From positions 94,785 through 158,784 of the forward strand of contig MHFI01000036.1 in assembly GCA_001804125.1 (NCBI GenBank): DNA of 64,000 nucleotides, in the 5' to 3' direction. The DNA comes from Omnitrophica bacterium RIFCSPHIGHO2_02_FULL_51_18. Lineage in GTDB: Bacteria; Omnitrophota; Gorgyraeia; 2-02-FULL-51-18. Shown here piece after piece: positions 46,367-55,839 of the stretch. A program made the position numbers and the translations under genes. How positions within the stretch are numbered: the first letter of the stretch is position 1; each line of letters begins with the position of its first letter. The notes under the pieces were generated by a model. That model was given only the letters and a program-made list of their open reading frames with translations, was not told the origin of the DNA and ran no database searches.

Positions 46367-46814
46367 CGTAAAGTTCTTTCACGCTCTTGCCAAGCCGCGG
46401 ATGAATAAAATCGGGCGCAATTTCAAGAAGCGGCTTCAGAACAAACTCCCGCTCGTGAAGCCTGGGATGAGGGATCGTCAAGCTCTTTCCGTCCACGATC
46501 ACGACATCGTCATAAAAAAGAATGTCCAGATCCACCGGACGCGGGCCGCTGGGCTCTTGCTTCACCCGGCCCAGGCGCCGTTCAATGCCCTTTAATTTCG
46601 AAAGAAGCTCCAGTGGCAAAAGATCCGTTTCGATTTTCAAAGCGCCGTTTAAAAAATCGCCCTGGCGGGGGCCGCCTTCCGGCTTTGTTTCAATCAGCGC
46701 GGACAAGCTAAGAAGCTGAACATCCGGAATTTCTTTCAAAAGAGAAACGGCCTTGTCAATATTGGCCTGACGGTCCCCAAGATTGGAGCCTATTCCCAGC
46801 AAAACAATCGCCAC
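46335..46814 (-). CDS. folK: HPPK (6-hydroxymethyl-7,8-dihydropterin pyrophosphokinase)
   Basis: GIGSNLGDR, GPR.VDLDIL, IPHPR..R.FVL.PL. Confidence 0.97.
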   Translation of the reverse strand: MAIVLLGIGSNLGDRQANIDKAVSLLKEIPDVQLLSLSALIETKPEGGPRQGDFLNGALKIETDLLPLELLSKLKGIERRLGRVKQEPSGPRPVDLDILFYDDVVIVDGKSLTIPHPRLHEREFVLKPLLEIAPDFIHPRLGKSVKELYDENVSKFRSA

Positions 46815-46824
46815 CCAAACCCTC

Positions 46825-47997
46825 CTAGAGCGCCTTTTTCATGCGGGCAACGGCTTCTCGTATTTCAGGCTCAGCCACCGTGAGCGCAAAACGCACATAG
46901 CCTTCGCCCGACGGGCCGAAACCCACGCCCGGCGTTGCCACAATCCCCGCCTTTTCCAGCAGGTGCTTGCAAAACGCGGTGGAGTCTGTCTGGCCGCCAG
47001 GCAGGCGCGTAAATAAATAAAAAGTGGCGGGGTTGGGCTTCACCGGAAAACCCAGACGCTTAAGCCCGGCCGCCAAAAGATCCCGCCGCTTACGATAAAC
47101 CCTATTGGTCTTCTTGGAAAAGCTGAAACTCTTCTTAAGCGCCACGGCGGCCGTTTTCTGGATCGCCGTAAAAGCGCCGGAGTCCACGTTGGATTTGACC
47201 TTGAGAAGTGCTGTGATAACTTCCTCCCGGCCGACCGCAAACCCGATCCTCCAGCTCGTCATGTTGCAAGTCTTTGAGAGTGAGTGGAATTCTATCGCCA
47301 CTTCCCTGGCGCCCCCCACTTCAAAAATACTTAAAGGCGTTTCACGCCCGAAATAAACCTCCGAATAGGCCAGGTCCGAGGCGATCAGTATCTGGTTTTC
47401 CCTCGCCCAGGCCACGAGCTTCCGGTAAAAAGCCTTCGGCGCCACAGCGCCCGTCGGATTATTCGGGTAATTCACAAACACAAGCTTGGTCGATCTAAGC
47501 ACGTCTTTGGAAACAGAATCCAAATCCGGCAAGAAACCGTTTTTTTCCTTCAAAGGCAAGGCATGAATACGGCCGCCCGCGAAAAGAACCCCGCTCCTGT
47601 ACGGCGGATAACCGGGGTCCGGCACGAGCGCCGTATCCCCGGGATTGATGTAAGCCAACGGCAAATGAGCGATTCCTTCCTTGGAGCCAATAAGCGGCAA
47701 CACTTCCGTGTCCGGATCCCAAGAAACGCCGAATCTTTTTTTAAACCATGCGCCGATCGACCGGCGAAACTCCGAATGGCCCCGATCGAGCGGATAGTGG
47801 TGATTGGAAGGGTCATTCACGGCCTTCCGCATCGCGTTCAGGACAAATGAGGGAGTCGGCTTGTCCGGATCGCCGATGCCGAAGTCAATGACTTTGACAC
47901 CCTCCCCCATGGCCCGGCGCTTCATGCGGTCAATCTCCACGAAAAGATAGGGTGGGAGACTTTTTAGCCGGTGGGATTCCTCAAGAAAAAAACTCAC
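46825..47997 (-). CDS. dapL: LL-diaminopimelate aminotransferase (class I PLP enzyme)
   Basis: LPPYLF, GIGDPD, LIGSKEG, NYPNNPTG, D.AY, SLSK..NMT.WRIG; context next to dapB. Confidence 0.85.
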   Translation of the reverse strand: MSFFLEESHRLKSLPPYLFVEIDRMKRRAMGEGVKVIDFGIGDPDKPTPSFVLNAMRKAVNDPSNHHYPLDRGHSEFRRSIGAWFKKRFGVSWDPDTEVLPLIGSKEGIAHLPLAYINPGDTALVPDPGYPPYRSGVLFAGGRIHALPLKEKNGFLPDLDSVSKDVLRSTKLVFVNYPNNPTGAVAPKAFYRKLVAWARENQILIASDLAYSEVYFGRETPLSIFEVGGAREVAIEFHSLSKTCNMTSWRIGFAVGREEVITALLKVKSNVDSGAFTAIQKTAAVALKKSFSFSKKTNRVYRKRRDLLAAGLKRLGFPVKPNPATFYLFTRLPGGQTDSTAFCKHLLEKAGIVATPGVGFGPSGEGYVRFALTVAEPEIREAVARMKKAL

Positions 47998-48797
47998 TTC
48001 AATGCATCCAGCATCGAATAAAGGCCCCGCTTTTGGCGGGCCGCGAAAAACGCCGCGACAAGCGCGCCGCGCGCGAAGGCATCGCGGGACTGCGCGCGGT
48101 GGGTGATCTCGATCGTCTCCCCGGGACCGCTGAAAATCACGGTGTGCTCCCCCACGATATCGCCGGCACGCACCACATGGATCCCGATTTCATTCTTGGG
48201 CCGATCGCCCATCATCCCCTCCCGGCCGTACTTAGCCACGCGGGCGAGGTCCCATCCTTTTTCTTTGGCGATCACCTCGGCGATTCTCCTGGCGGTGCCG
48301 CTCGGTGCGTCCTTTTTGAAGCGGTGATGCCGCTCGATGATTTCAATGTCGTAACCTTCCTTGAGTTTCGCGGCGGAGAGCCGTGAAAGCTCGAACAAAC
48401 AGTTGGCGCCGATGCTCATGTTCGGGGAAAAAACAATCGGAATTTTTTTTGAGGCGCTCCTGATATTTTCCTCAAGTTTCTTATCGAGGCCTGTGGTGCC
48501 GACCACGATCCCCGCCCCCACGGCCAACGCCGCCGCGAGCGCGGTCCGTGTGCCTTCGGGGCTCGAAAAATCAATCAACACGTCACAACCTTTAAGGCAG
48601 GCCGGCGACAGCTTGGATATCTTTATCTTGAGGAGCTTGCCCAAGCCAAGCGCCGGGCCCAGGTCATGACCGAGCATTTCACTGCCCTCAGGCTCAAACG
48701 CGGCCGTAATCTTAAAATCCTCGGCCGACTTATAAGCCAGGTTTAAAATTCTGGACCCCATGCGCCCTAACGCCCCGTTCACCGCAAGTTTTATCAT
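47994..48797 (-). CDS. dapB: 4-hydroxy-tetrahydrodipicolinate reductase
   Basis: G..GRMG, GTTG, E.HH..K.DAPSGTA. Confidence 0.98.
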   Translation of the reverse strand: MIKLAVNGALGRMGSRILNLAYKSAEDFKITAAFEPEGSEMLGHDLGPALGLGKLLKIKISKLSPACLKGCDVLIDFSSPEGTRTALAAALAVGAGIVVGTTGLDKKLEENIRSASKKIPIVFSPNMSIGANCLFELSRLSAAKLKEGYDIEIIERHHRFKKDAPSGTARRIAEVIAKEKGWDLARVAKYGREGMMGDRPKNEIGIHVVRAGDIVGEHTVIFSGPGETIEITHRAQSRDAFARGALVAAFFAARQKRGLYSMLDALK

Positions 48798-49681
48798 CTC
48801 CCGTGACCTTTCAATTTCAGCCCGTAGTCCTTCATGGCTTGAATAAGCATTTTTTCATTTTCTGGCTTCATCGCGCAAAGCGGAAGGCGAAGCTCGCCGC
48901 CCGAAAGTCCCAAGAGCGCCATCGCGCGCTTCACCGGAATCGGGTTTGTTTCGATGAATAGTGCGCGGCACAACGGAAAAAGCCGGTAGTGAATCTCGCG
49001 CGCCTTCGGGTAATTGCCGGCGAAAAACTCGTCCACCATCTGCGCCACCGCGTTTGGCACCACATTAGAAATCACGGAAATCACCCCTTTCGCCCCCAGC
49101 GCCAACAGCGGAAGCGTCAGAGAATCATCGCCGCTCAAGACCGTGATACCGCAGAGCGACAGGATATGAGAGGCCTGGTCCATGTTTCCGGTCGATTCTT
49201 TGATTCCCACGATATTGGGAATCCTGGAAAGACGCGCGACGGTTTCGGGCGTCAGGCTGCAGCCAGCCCGGCCCGGGATGTTGTAAAGAATAATCGGGAT
49301 GTCCACGGCCTTTGCGATCGCCGCAAAGTGCCGGTAAAGCCCTTCCTGGGTGGGTTTATTGTAATAAGGAATCACGGAGAGCGAAGCGTCCGACCCCGCC
49401 TTTTTTGCAAATCGCGTGAGAGAAATCGCCTCCTCAGTGCTGTTGGAGCCGGTGCCGGCGATCACGGGCACCTGGCGGTTCGCCGCTTCCACGACAATCT
49501 CAATTACGCGCTCGTGCTCTTTGTGCGAAAGCGTCGGCGACTCACCCGTGGTCCCCGCGGGAACCAACCCGTCCGTTCCTTCCGCAATCTGGCGGCGGAC
49601 AAGCCTCCCCAGTGTTTTCTCATCCACTTTGCCGTTCTTAAACGGCGTGATAAGCGCCGTCATCGACCCATGAAATTTCAT
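48794..49681 (-). CDS. dapA: 4-hydroxy-tetrahydrodipicolinate synthase
   Basis: GTTGES, PYYNKP, YN.PGR, GIKE, SGDD, ETNPIP. Confidence 0.98.
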   Translation of the reverse strand: MKFHGSMTALITPFKNGKVDEKTLGRLVRRQIAEGTDGLVPAGTTGESPTLSHKEHERVIEIVVEAANRQVPVIAGTGSNSTEEAISLTRFAKKAGSDASLSVIPYYNKPTQEGLYRHFAAIAKAVDIPIILYNIPGRAGCSLTPETVARLSRIPNIVGIKESTGNMDQASHILSLCGITVLSGDDSLTLPLLALGAKGVISVISNVVPNAVAQMVDEFFAGNYPKAREIHYRLFPLCRALFIETNPIPVKRAMALLGLSGGELRLPLCAMKPENEKMLIQAMKDYGLKLKGHGR

Positions 49682-50508
49682 AGATTCACGCTCCCCTCAA
49701 AACTGACCGTCACCGGACCTTCCAAATACACGTCATAAAACCGGCCCCCTTTTCTCGAAAAATAAACCTTCAGAATCTCACCGGACTCTGTTTTGACAAA
49801 CACGGGCGACGGGTACCCTTTCAAAGCGGCCGCCACGAGCGCCCCGGCTGTCGAACCCGTCCCGCAGGAGAGCGTCTCAGATTCAATACCGCGCTCATAA
49901 GTGCGGATCTCAATCGCGTTTGGGGTCCCGCCCGCCTTTTTAAACGAAATAAAATCCACATTCGTGCCCTGCGGCGCAAAATGCGGGTGAAAACAAATTT
50001 CCTTCCCCAAACCGCTGACATCCGTATCCTCAAGCGAATCCAGCACCATCACCGCGTGCGGAACACCGGTGTCGATAAAATTCAGGTTTTTTGGCCCGCC
50101 GTTGACATTCACAGAAAAATTAAGCTTCAAATCTCTGGGATCCGTCAGACGCGCCTTCACGATATTTTTCCTGACTTCCACGGTGACAATGCCGGCGGCT
50201 GTTTCAATCGACATTTTGCGCTTCGTGATTTTTTTATCTGCGGCCAGCTTTGCCAGGCATCGCACGCCGTTGCCGCACATCTCGGCCTCGCTCCCGTCCG
50301 GATTAAAAATCCGCATGCGGAGTTCCGCTTTTTTCGACTTCTCCAGAAGAACCAGGCCGTCGGCACCGATAGAGCGTTTGCGGTCGCAAAGTTTTCTGGC
50401 AGATCCGGCGGGGTTGGCCCCAAGAATCCCGGAGCGGTTGTCCACGATCACAAAGTCGTTGCCGGCGCCCGCCATTTTAGTGAAAGATATTATTTTCATA
50501 GCCCTCAC
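49678..50508 (-). CDS. dapF: Diaminopimelate epimerase
   Basis: GNDF, EMCGNG, G.PH, ERG..ETLSCGTG. Confidence 0.98.
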   Translation of the reverse strand: MRAMKIISFTKMAGAGNDFVIVDNRSGILGANPAGSARKLCDRKRSIGADGLVLLEKSKKAELRMRIFNPDGSEAEMCGNGVRCLAKLAADKKITKRKMSIETAAGIVTVEVRKNIVKARLTDPRDLKLNFSVNVNGGPKNLNFIDTGVPHAVMVLDSLEDTDVSGLGKEICFHPHFAPQGTNVDFISFKKAGGTPNAIEIRTYERGIESETLSCGTGSTAGALVAAALKGYPSPVFVKTESGEILKVYFSRKGGRFYDVYLEGPVTVSFEGSVNL

Positions 50509-50519
50509 AATGGCACATA

Positions 50520-51794
50520 CTAAATAACCTCTTTGACTATTTTCTCATTACGGACAAGGTCTTCGTAAGATTCTCTTTTTTTGGCGACGAAGAATTTTCT
50601 TCCCTTCACAACCACCTCGGGAACCCGCGGACGGGAATTATAATTGCTTGACATGACGTAGCCGTAGGCGCCGCAGGACATCACCGCCAGAAGATCCCCT
50701 ATGTTCGCGGCCGGCATTTTCCTGTTTTTGGCAAGGAAATCCCCGCTCTCGCAGATCGGGCCCACAATGTCCACTTCGGCCGTGCGCACTTTGCCGCTGG
50801 GGCGGACCACCGGCGTAATCTCGTGATAAGCGCCGTAAAACGAAGGGCGGATCAGGTCATTCATCGCCGCATCCACAATCATAAACGTCTTGGTCGGGTT
50901 GACTTTTTTATACAAAATTTTTGTCACGAGAATCCCGCTGTTGCCGGAGATAAAACGCCCGGGCTCCAGAACAAGTTTCATGCCCTTTTTCAAGTCGTAA
51001 TCCTTGAAAAGCGGCAAAACCACACGTGCAAATTCCCTGGCCGTCTGGGGTTTTTCCTTGGAATAAATAATGGCCAGGCCCCCGCCGATATTCAGGTATT
51101 CCACCGGATTGCCGCAGAAACGCACGCTGTCGATAAACTGGAGCACGCGCTTGATTGCCTTCACAAAGGGTTTGGAGTCGGTGATCTGCGATCCGATATG
51201 GATATGGACACCTGCAAACCGGATAAACGGGTAGCGGTAGGACTCCATGAAAAGTTTATTTGCGGTTCCTGTATCGATGCCGAATTTGTTTTGCTTGGTG
51301 CCGGTCGTGATGTAGTCGTGCGTGTCCGGCGAAACATCGGGGTTCAGACGGATCGCGACCTTCTGGACCGCATGGAGCCGGCAGGCCACGGTATTGATCG
51401 TCTCAAGCTCCGGGATGGATTCCACGTTAAACATGAGAATCTTTGAGCGGATCGCGTCCTCAATTTCTTTCTCCGTTTTTCCGACGGATGCAAACACGAT
51501 CTTTTGCGAATCCACGCCCACTTTCTTCGCGCGAAAAAGTTCCCCGCCCGACACGATATCCAGTCCGGAACCGTGCTCCACCAGCGACTTTAAAATCGTG
51601 AGGTTTGAATTCGCCTTCATTGAAAAACAGATCAGGGGCTTCACGGACTTAAACGCGTCCTTGAGTTTCAGATAATGATCTAAAAACGTCCGCACGCTGT
51701 ACAAATAAAACGGCGTGCCGGCTTCCCGGGCTATTTTTGAAACCGGGACGTCTTCGCAGTAGAGCTCTCTGCCTTTAAATTCAAAACGATGCAT
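50520..51794 (-). CDS. lysA: Diaminopimelate decarboxylase
   Basis: KAN, VSGGE, NKFG, HIGSQ, GGG, EPGR, CESGD, GAYG..MSSNYN. Confidence 0.98.
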   Translation of the reverse strand: MHRFEFKGRELYCEDVPVSKIAREAGTPFYLYSVRTFLDHYLKLKDAFKSVKPLICFSMKANSNLTILKSLVEHGSGLDIVSGGELFRAKKVGVDSQKIVFASVGKTEKEIEDAIRSKILMFNVESIPELETINTVACRLHAVQKVAIRLNPDVSPDTHDYITTGTKQNKFGIDTGTANKLFMESYRYPFIRFAGVHIHIGSQITDSKPFVKAIKRVLQFIDSVRFCGNPVEYLNIGGGLAIIYSKEKPQTAREFARVVLPLFKDYDLKKGMKLVLEPGRFISGNSGILVTKILYKKVNPTKTFMIVDAAMNDLIRPSFYGAYHEITPVVRPSGKVRTAEVDIVGPICESGDFLAKNRKMPAANIGDLLAVMSCGAYGYVMSSNYNSRPRVPEVVVKGRKFFVAKKRESYEDLVRNEKIVKEVI

Positions 51795-51827
51795 AAATCC
51801 TCACTTACGTCAATGCCGCGGCCTGAA

Positions 51828-53219
51828 TCACAACCGCCGTATATTTCTTAATTTCATTTTCCAAAATTGAATTTGTTTTTTTACTTGATCCGGATGGGTG
51901 CTGCCGATTGTTTTCTTCATCCGCACCGAATGCTTCGCGTCAAACAGTTCATACACATCCGCTTCCGTCTTGGGCGCAAAATGTCTCAAGATATCCAGGC
52001 CTATCTTCGAAAGAGCCGTTTTATTCTTTTCGGAAAAATTCACGATCCGGCCGACCTGATGATGCGCGGTCCCAAACGCGGCTCCCTTCTTCACGAGGTA
52101 ATCAGCCAAATCCGTCGCATAAAGAGTTTCGTCAGCCAACAGCTCCCGTGCTTTTTCTTCATTAATTTTCAGGGACTTAAACATCCGGATAAAAATCGAC
52201 AAGATCTCCTCGCAAGTCTCGACCGAATCGAACACATATTTTTTATCCCACTGAAGGTCACGGTTATAGGAGGTAGGCAGCGCCTTGAGCGTCATCCCGA
52301 AACCGACAAAATTACCGGCAAAAACACCCGCCGCGCCTCTTGCCAGCTCCAGGAAATCCGCGTTTTTTTTCTGCGGCATCATGGAACTTCCGGTGCAAAA
52401 TGCCTGATCGACGTTCACAACAGAAAAACCTTTTGTCTGCCCAATCATCAGATCCTCGGAGATCCTGGATATCTGAAGATTCAAGAGCAGCATGCATGAC
52501 AGAAAGTTTAGAATAAAATCCCGGTCGCCCGATACATCATAACTGTTAGGGGTAACGCAGGAAAGACCCAGTTCTCTGGCAATCAGTTTCTGGTCCAGAT
52601 CGTAAGTAACCCCGGCCAGGGCACCGCTCCCCAAAACACATACGTCAAAAAATGGCAATGCTCCTTGAAACCTGAACTTCGCCCGTTCAAGCATTTCGGC
52701 ATAAGCCAGAAAAATGTGCCCCTGCGAAAGCGCCTGCGCGTTCTGCATGTGCGTCATGCCCGGCACAAGCACCTGTTGATAACGTTCGGCCTTCTTTACT
52801 ACTTCAGTCTGCAGTTCCGAGATCATGGATAAAATCTTGAGCGCATGGTCTCTGCAATAAAGCCGGGCGCTCTGGCTCACCAAATCATTGCGGGACCTGG
52901 CGGTATGAATTTTGTCCGCGAGAGCGCCGACAAACTTGGCCAGCTCCTCCTGAACGGCCGAATGAACGTCTTCATGCGCTTTTCTCCGGATCCGGGCGGG
53001 ATCTTGAAAGCGCTTTTCAATTTTTGAAAGAGCCGAGAGAAGCTTCGCGGCTTCACTTTTTTTTAAGACACGGCATTTCACAAGCGCTTTGACATGAGCT
53101 CTGTCAATCTGAAGGTCGTAAGGCAGAAGCCGCCAATCCCATCGTAAGGATGAACTGAACGCGTCAAACTGCGAGTCTGTCTTTTTCTTAAAACGACCGC
53201 CCCAGAGTTTCTTTGTCAT
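51828..53219 (-). CDS. argH: Argininosuccinate lyase
   Basis: LWGGRF, ARSRND, GSGALAG, TGSSMMPQKKN, YNRDLQ. Confidence 0.96.
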   Translation of the reverse strand: MTKKLWGGRFKKKTDSQFDAFSSSLRWDWRLLPYDLQIDRAHVKALVKCRVLKKSEAAKLLSALSKIEKRFQDPARIRRKAHEDVHSAVQEELAKFVGALADKIHTARSRNDLVSQSARLYCRDHALKILSMISELQTEVVKKAERYQQVLVPGMTHMQNAQALSQGHIFLAYAEMLERAKFRFQGALPFFDVCVLGSGALAGVTYDLDQKLIARELGLSCVTPNSYDVSGDRDFILNFLSCMLLLNLQISRISEDLMIGQTKGFSVVNVDQAFCTGSSMMPQKKNADFLELARGAAGVFAGNFVGFGMTLKALPTSYNRDLQWDKKYVFDSVETCEEILSIFIRMFKSLKINEEKARELLADETLYATDLADYLVKKGAAFGTAHHQVGRIVNFSEKNKTALSKIGLDILRHFAPKTEADVYELFDAKHSVRMKKTIGSTHPDQVKKQIQFWKMKLRNIRRL

Positions 53220-53232
53220 ATATCATTCACCT

Positions 53233-53372
53233 GTCATTCCCGCGCAAGCGGGAATCAAAGTTAATGTCATTTCGAACGCAGTGAGAAATCTCATCAAGTC
53301 GTGTGATGAGATCTCTCGGTCACCTGCGGCGACCTCGAGATGACAATGGATCCCCGCCTTCGCGGGGATGAC
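53233..53372. repeat. Nested palindromes: dRS3-like pair enclosing a GTCA-REP pair
   Basis: Outer GTCATTCCCGCGCAAGCGGGAATC..GATCCCCGCCTTCGCGGGGATGAC; inner pair at 53266-53344. Confidence 0.85.
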
Positions 53373-53380
53373 GCTACGCG

Positions 53381-54550
53381 TCATTTCCTGTAAGGCAGCG
53401 CCCAAAGGTCGATAAAGCCTTTTGCCAGGCGCTGGTCAAATTTATCTTTTTCGCTGTAAGTCGCCAGGCTTTCCTTATACAAAGAATAAGGCGACTTGCG
53501 GCCCACTACGTGCGAGGAGTACTTACGCAGCTTGACCCGGACGCTGCCCGTAACTTTCTTTTGCGTGGATTCAATAAACGCATCCAGCGCCCGGCGAAGC
53601 GGCGTGAACCAAAGTCCGTAATAAACAAGCTCCGCGTATTTTTGGGACAGTCCTTCCTTAAAATGAAAAAGTTCCCTGTCCAGCGTCAAGCTCTCCAAGT
53701 CCCGGTGAGCCTGCAGCAAAAGGGTCGCCGCGGGCGCTTCGTAGGTTTCGCGGGACTTGATTCCCACCAGACGGTTCTCAATCATGTCCATGCGCCCGAT
53801 GCCATAGGCGGCGCCCAGTTCATTGAGTTCTTTAATCAACGCGAGCGGCTCCCTGCGCTTCCCATTCAAAGAGACAGGCGCACCTTTTTTAAACCCGATT
53901 TCAACAACCCGCTCTTTTAAGTTTCTCGTCTCCGCACCGCGAGTCCACTGAAACGATTCGGCCGGCGGTTCGGTGTTGGGATCTTCCAGCACACCGGCTT
54001 CAACGCTCACACCCCAGATGTTCTTATCGATCGAAAATGGGCTTTTTTTGGTGCTATCGATCGGAATATGGTGCCGTAACGCGTACTGGATCTCCTCTTC
54101 CCTGGAGCGAAATTCCCACTCTCTCACGGGCGCCAGGATTTCAAGCGAGCTGTCAAGCGCCTGGATCGTGACTTCAAAGCGGACCTGGTCGTTGCCTTTG
54201 CCCGTACATCCGTGCGCGACGGCGGTTGCTTTTTCCTGATGCGCCACCGCCACCTGCTCCGCCGCGATCAGCGGCCTTGAAAGCGCCGTTGCCAGAACAT
54301 AACGGCCCTCGTAAACAGCCCCCGCCTTAAGCGCCGGCCAGAGGTAATCCGTGATAAATTTCTTTTTTAAATCACGCACGATCACTTTGGAAGCGCCGGC
54401 CTTCTTGGCGCGGTCAATCGCCGCCCTTGGGGTCTTTTCCTGGCCCACGTCGGCCATATAAGCCACGACTTCATACCCCCTGTCCTTTAGCCATTTGATC
54501 GCAACGGAGGTATCGAGACCGCCGGAATAAGCTAGAATAACTTTTTTCAT
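53381..54550 (-). CDS. argG: Argininosuccinate synthase
   Basis: LAYSGGLDTS, HGCTGKGNDQVRF, ENRLVGIKSRE.YE.P. Confidence 0.99.
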   Translation of the reverse strand: MKKVILAYSGGLDTSVAIKWLKDRGYEVVAYMADVGQEKTPRAAIDRAKKAGASKVIVRDLKKKFITDYLWPALKAGAVYEGRYVLATALSRPLIAAEQVAVAHQEKATAVAHGCTGKGNDQVRFEVTIQALDSSLEILAPVREWEFRSREEEIQYALRHHIPIDSTKKSPFSIDKNIWGVSVEAGVLEDPNTEPPAESFQWTRGAETRNLKERVVEIGFKKGAPVSLNGKRREPLALIKELNELGAAYGIGRMDMIENRLVGIKSRETYEAPAATLLLQAHRDLESLTLDRELFHFKEGLSQKYAELVYYGLWFTPLRRALDAFIESTQKKVTGSVRVKLRKYSSHVVGRKSPYSLYKESLATYSEKDKFDQRLAKGFIDLWALPYRK

Positions 54551-54572
54551 ATAATTCCAACCTCCTCAAGCT

Positions 54573-54712
54573 GTCATCCCCGCGCCCGCCAAATTTCCGG
54601 TGGATCCGTCCTTCGGCGGAAAAGCGGTAATCAACCTAGATTGTCATTCTGAGTTCGCCGCAGGCGAACGAAGAATCTCAAAAGCGAGATCCTTCGCTTC
54701 GCTCAGGATGAC
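54573..54712. repeat. Composite REP cluster between argF and argG
   Basis: Interrupted dRS3-like unit plus a GTCATTCTGAG..CTCAGGATGAC pair. Confidence 0.8.
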
Positions 54713-54719
54713 ACGTCTC

Positions 54720-55745
54720 CTATTTTCTTTTCTTCCTTGTCAACAGCAAATACAAAAGCGCCTTTTGTGTGTGGAGTCTGTTTTCGGCCTGAGTAAAAAT
54801 TGCCGAACGCGCGCTCTCAATCACCTCGTCCGTGATTTCTTCCCCGCGGTGGGCCGGCAGGCAGTGCATCACGATCGCGTCCTTCGGCGCCTTGTTGATA
54901 AGCGCGCCGTTGATCTGAAACGGCTGGAAATCGCGAAGCCGCTGCTCGCGCTGTTTTTCCTGGCCCATGCTCACCCAGACATCCGTATAAATCACATGCG
55001 CGTTCTTGATCGCCGTGAACGGGTTATTGGAGAGCGTGACCTTGGAGCCGGACTCTTTCGTAATGAGTTTGATCTCGTTCAGAATCTCCTCACTCGGCTC
55101 ATAACCCTTCGGCGTTGCCATCGAGAGGTTCGCGCCCGTCTTCGCCGCGCCGTAAAGCAGTGAATTTAAGACATTGTTCCCGTCGCCGATATAACCGATA
55201 TTGATTTTCTCGAGCGTTTTAAAACGCTCCCGGATCGTGAAAAGATCCGCGAGTGTTTGGCACGGATGATACGAGTCGCTTAAGCCGTTGATCACCGGAA
55301 CCGCCGCATGCTGCGCCAGCTCCACGACATCCGAATGCGCATACGTGCGCGCGACGATCGCATCGCAGTAACGCGCCAGCACGCGCGCCACATCCTTCAC
55401 CGATTCACGTTCTCCGAGCGGCATCTCCTGCGGCCCCATATAAACGGAAGAGCCTCCGAGCTCGCTGACGCCGATCTGAAACGAAATCCGCGTGCGGACG
55501 GACGGCTTCTGAAAAAGAAGCGCGATGGATCTTCCCTTCAGTTTGGTGAGGAAATCCTCCGGACGCTTTTTCATTTTCTCGGCCAGCCTGAACACAAGCT
55601 CCAAGTCCTGCGGCGCCGCCTCTTTCAACGTCAAGACGTCCTTATGCTGAAACGGGACATGCGGCCCTTTCCTCTTCTTCGGTGAACGGGATTTGGCCCT
55701 CTTCCTTCTTGAAATCTTGGATTTCCTTCTCTTCGCTTTCTTCAT
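54720..55745 (-). CDS. argF: Ornithine carbamoyltransferase with a basic N-terminal tail
   Basis: S.RTR, HPCQ, GDGNN, DVWVSMG, HCLPAHRG.E. Confidence 0.95.
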   Translation of the reverse strand: MKKAKRRKSKISRRKRAKSRSPKKRKGPHVPFQHKDVLTLKEAAPQDLELVFRLAEKMKKRPEDFLTKLKGRSIALLFQKPSVRTRISFQIGVSELGGSSVYMGPQEMPLGERESVKDVARVLARYCDAIVARTYAHSDVVELAQHAAVPVINGLSDSYHPCQTLADLFTIRERFKTLEKINIGYIGDGNNVLNSLLYGAAKTGANLSMATPKGYEPSEEILNEIKLITKESGSKVTLSNNPFTAIKNAHVIYTDVWVSMGQEKQREQRLRDFQPFQINGALINKAPKDAIVMHCLPAHRGEEITDEVIESARSAIFTQAENRLHTQKALLYLLLTRKKRK

Positions 55746-55770
55746 GCGACGCGACTCCCTTCTTTAGTTA

Positions 55771-55839
55771 CCCCACCACCTGTTTCCTACGATTGCGAAG
55801 CAATCGGTCCGCCAATGACGGACGAAACAGGTGGTGGGG
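55771..55839. mobile_element. Mini-element (16-bp TIR CCCCACCACCTGTTTC) inserted in the argD 3' end
   Basis: Perfect 16-bp TIRs with TTA on both flanks. Confidence 0.75.

Noticed and set aside
54720-55745. ArgF as an acetyl- or succinyl-ornithine transcarbamylase because of SVRT
   Set aside because: SMG, HPCQ and HCLPAHRG motifs and the presence of argJ fit an ordinary OTCase
55787-55789. Programmed TAG recoding (pyrrolysine or read-through) in argD
   Set aside because: Explained by the inserted element; many other genes here use TAG as a normal stop
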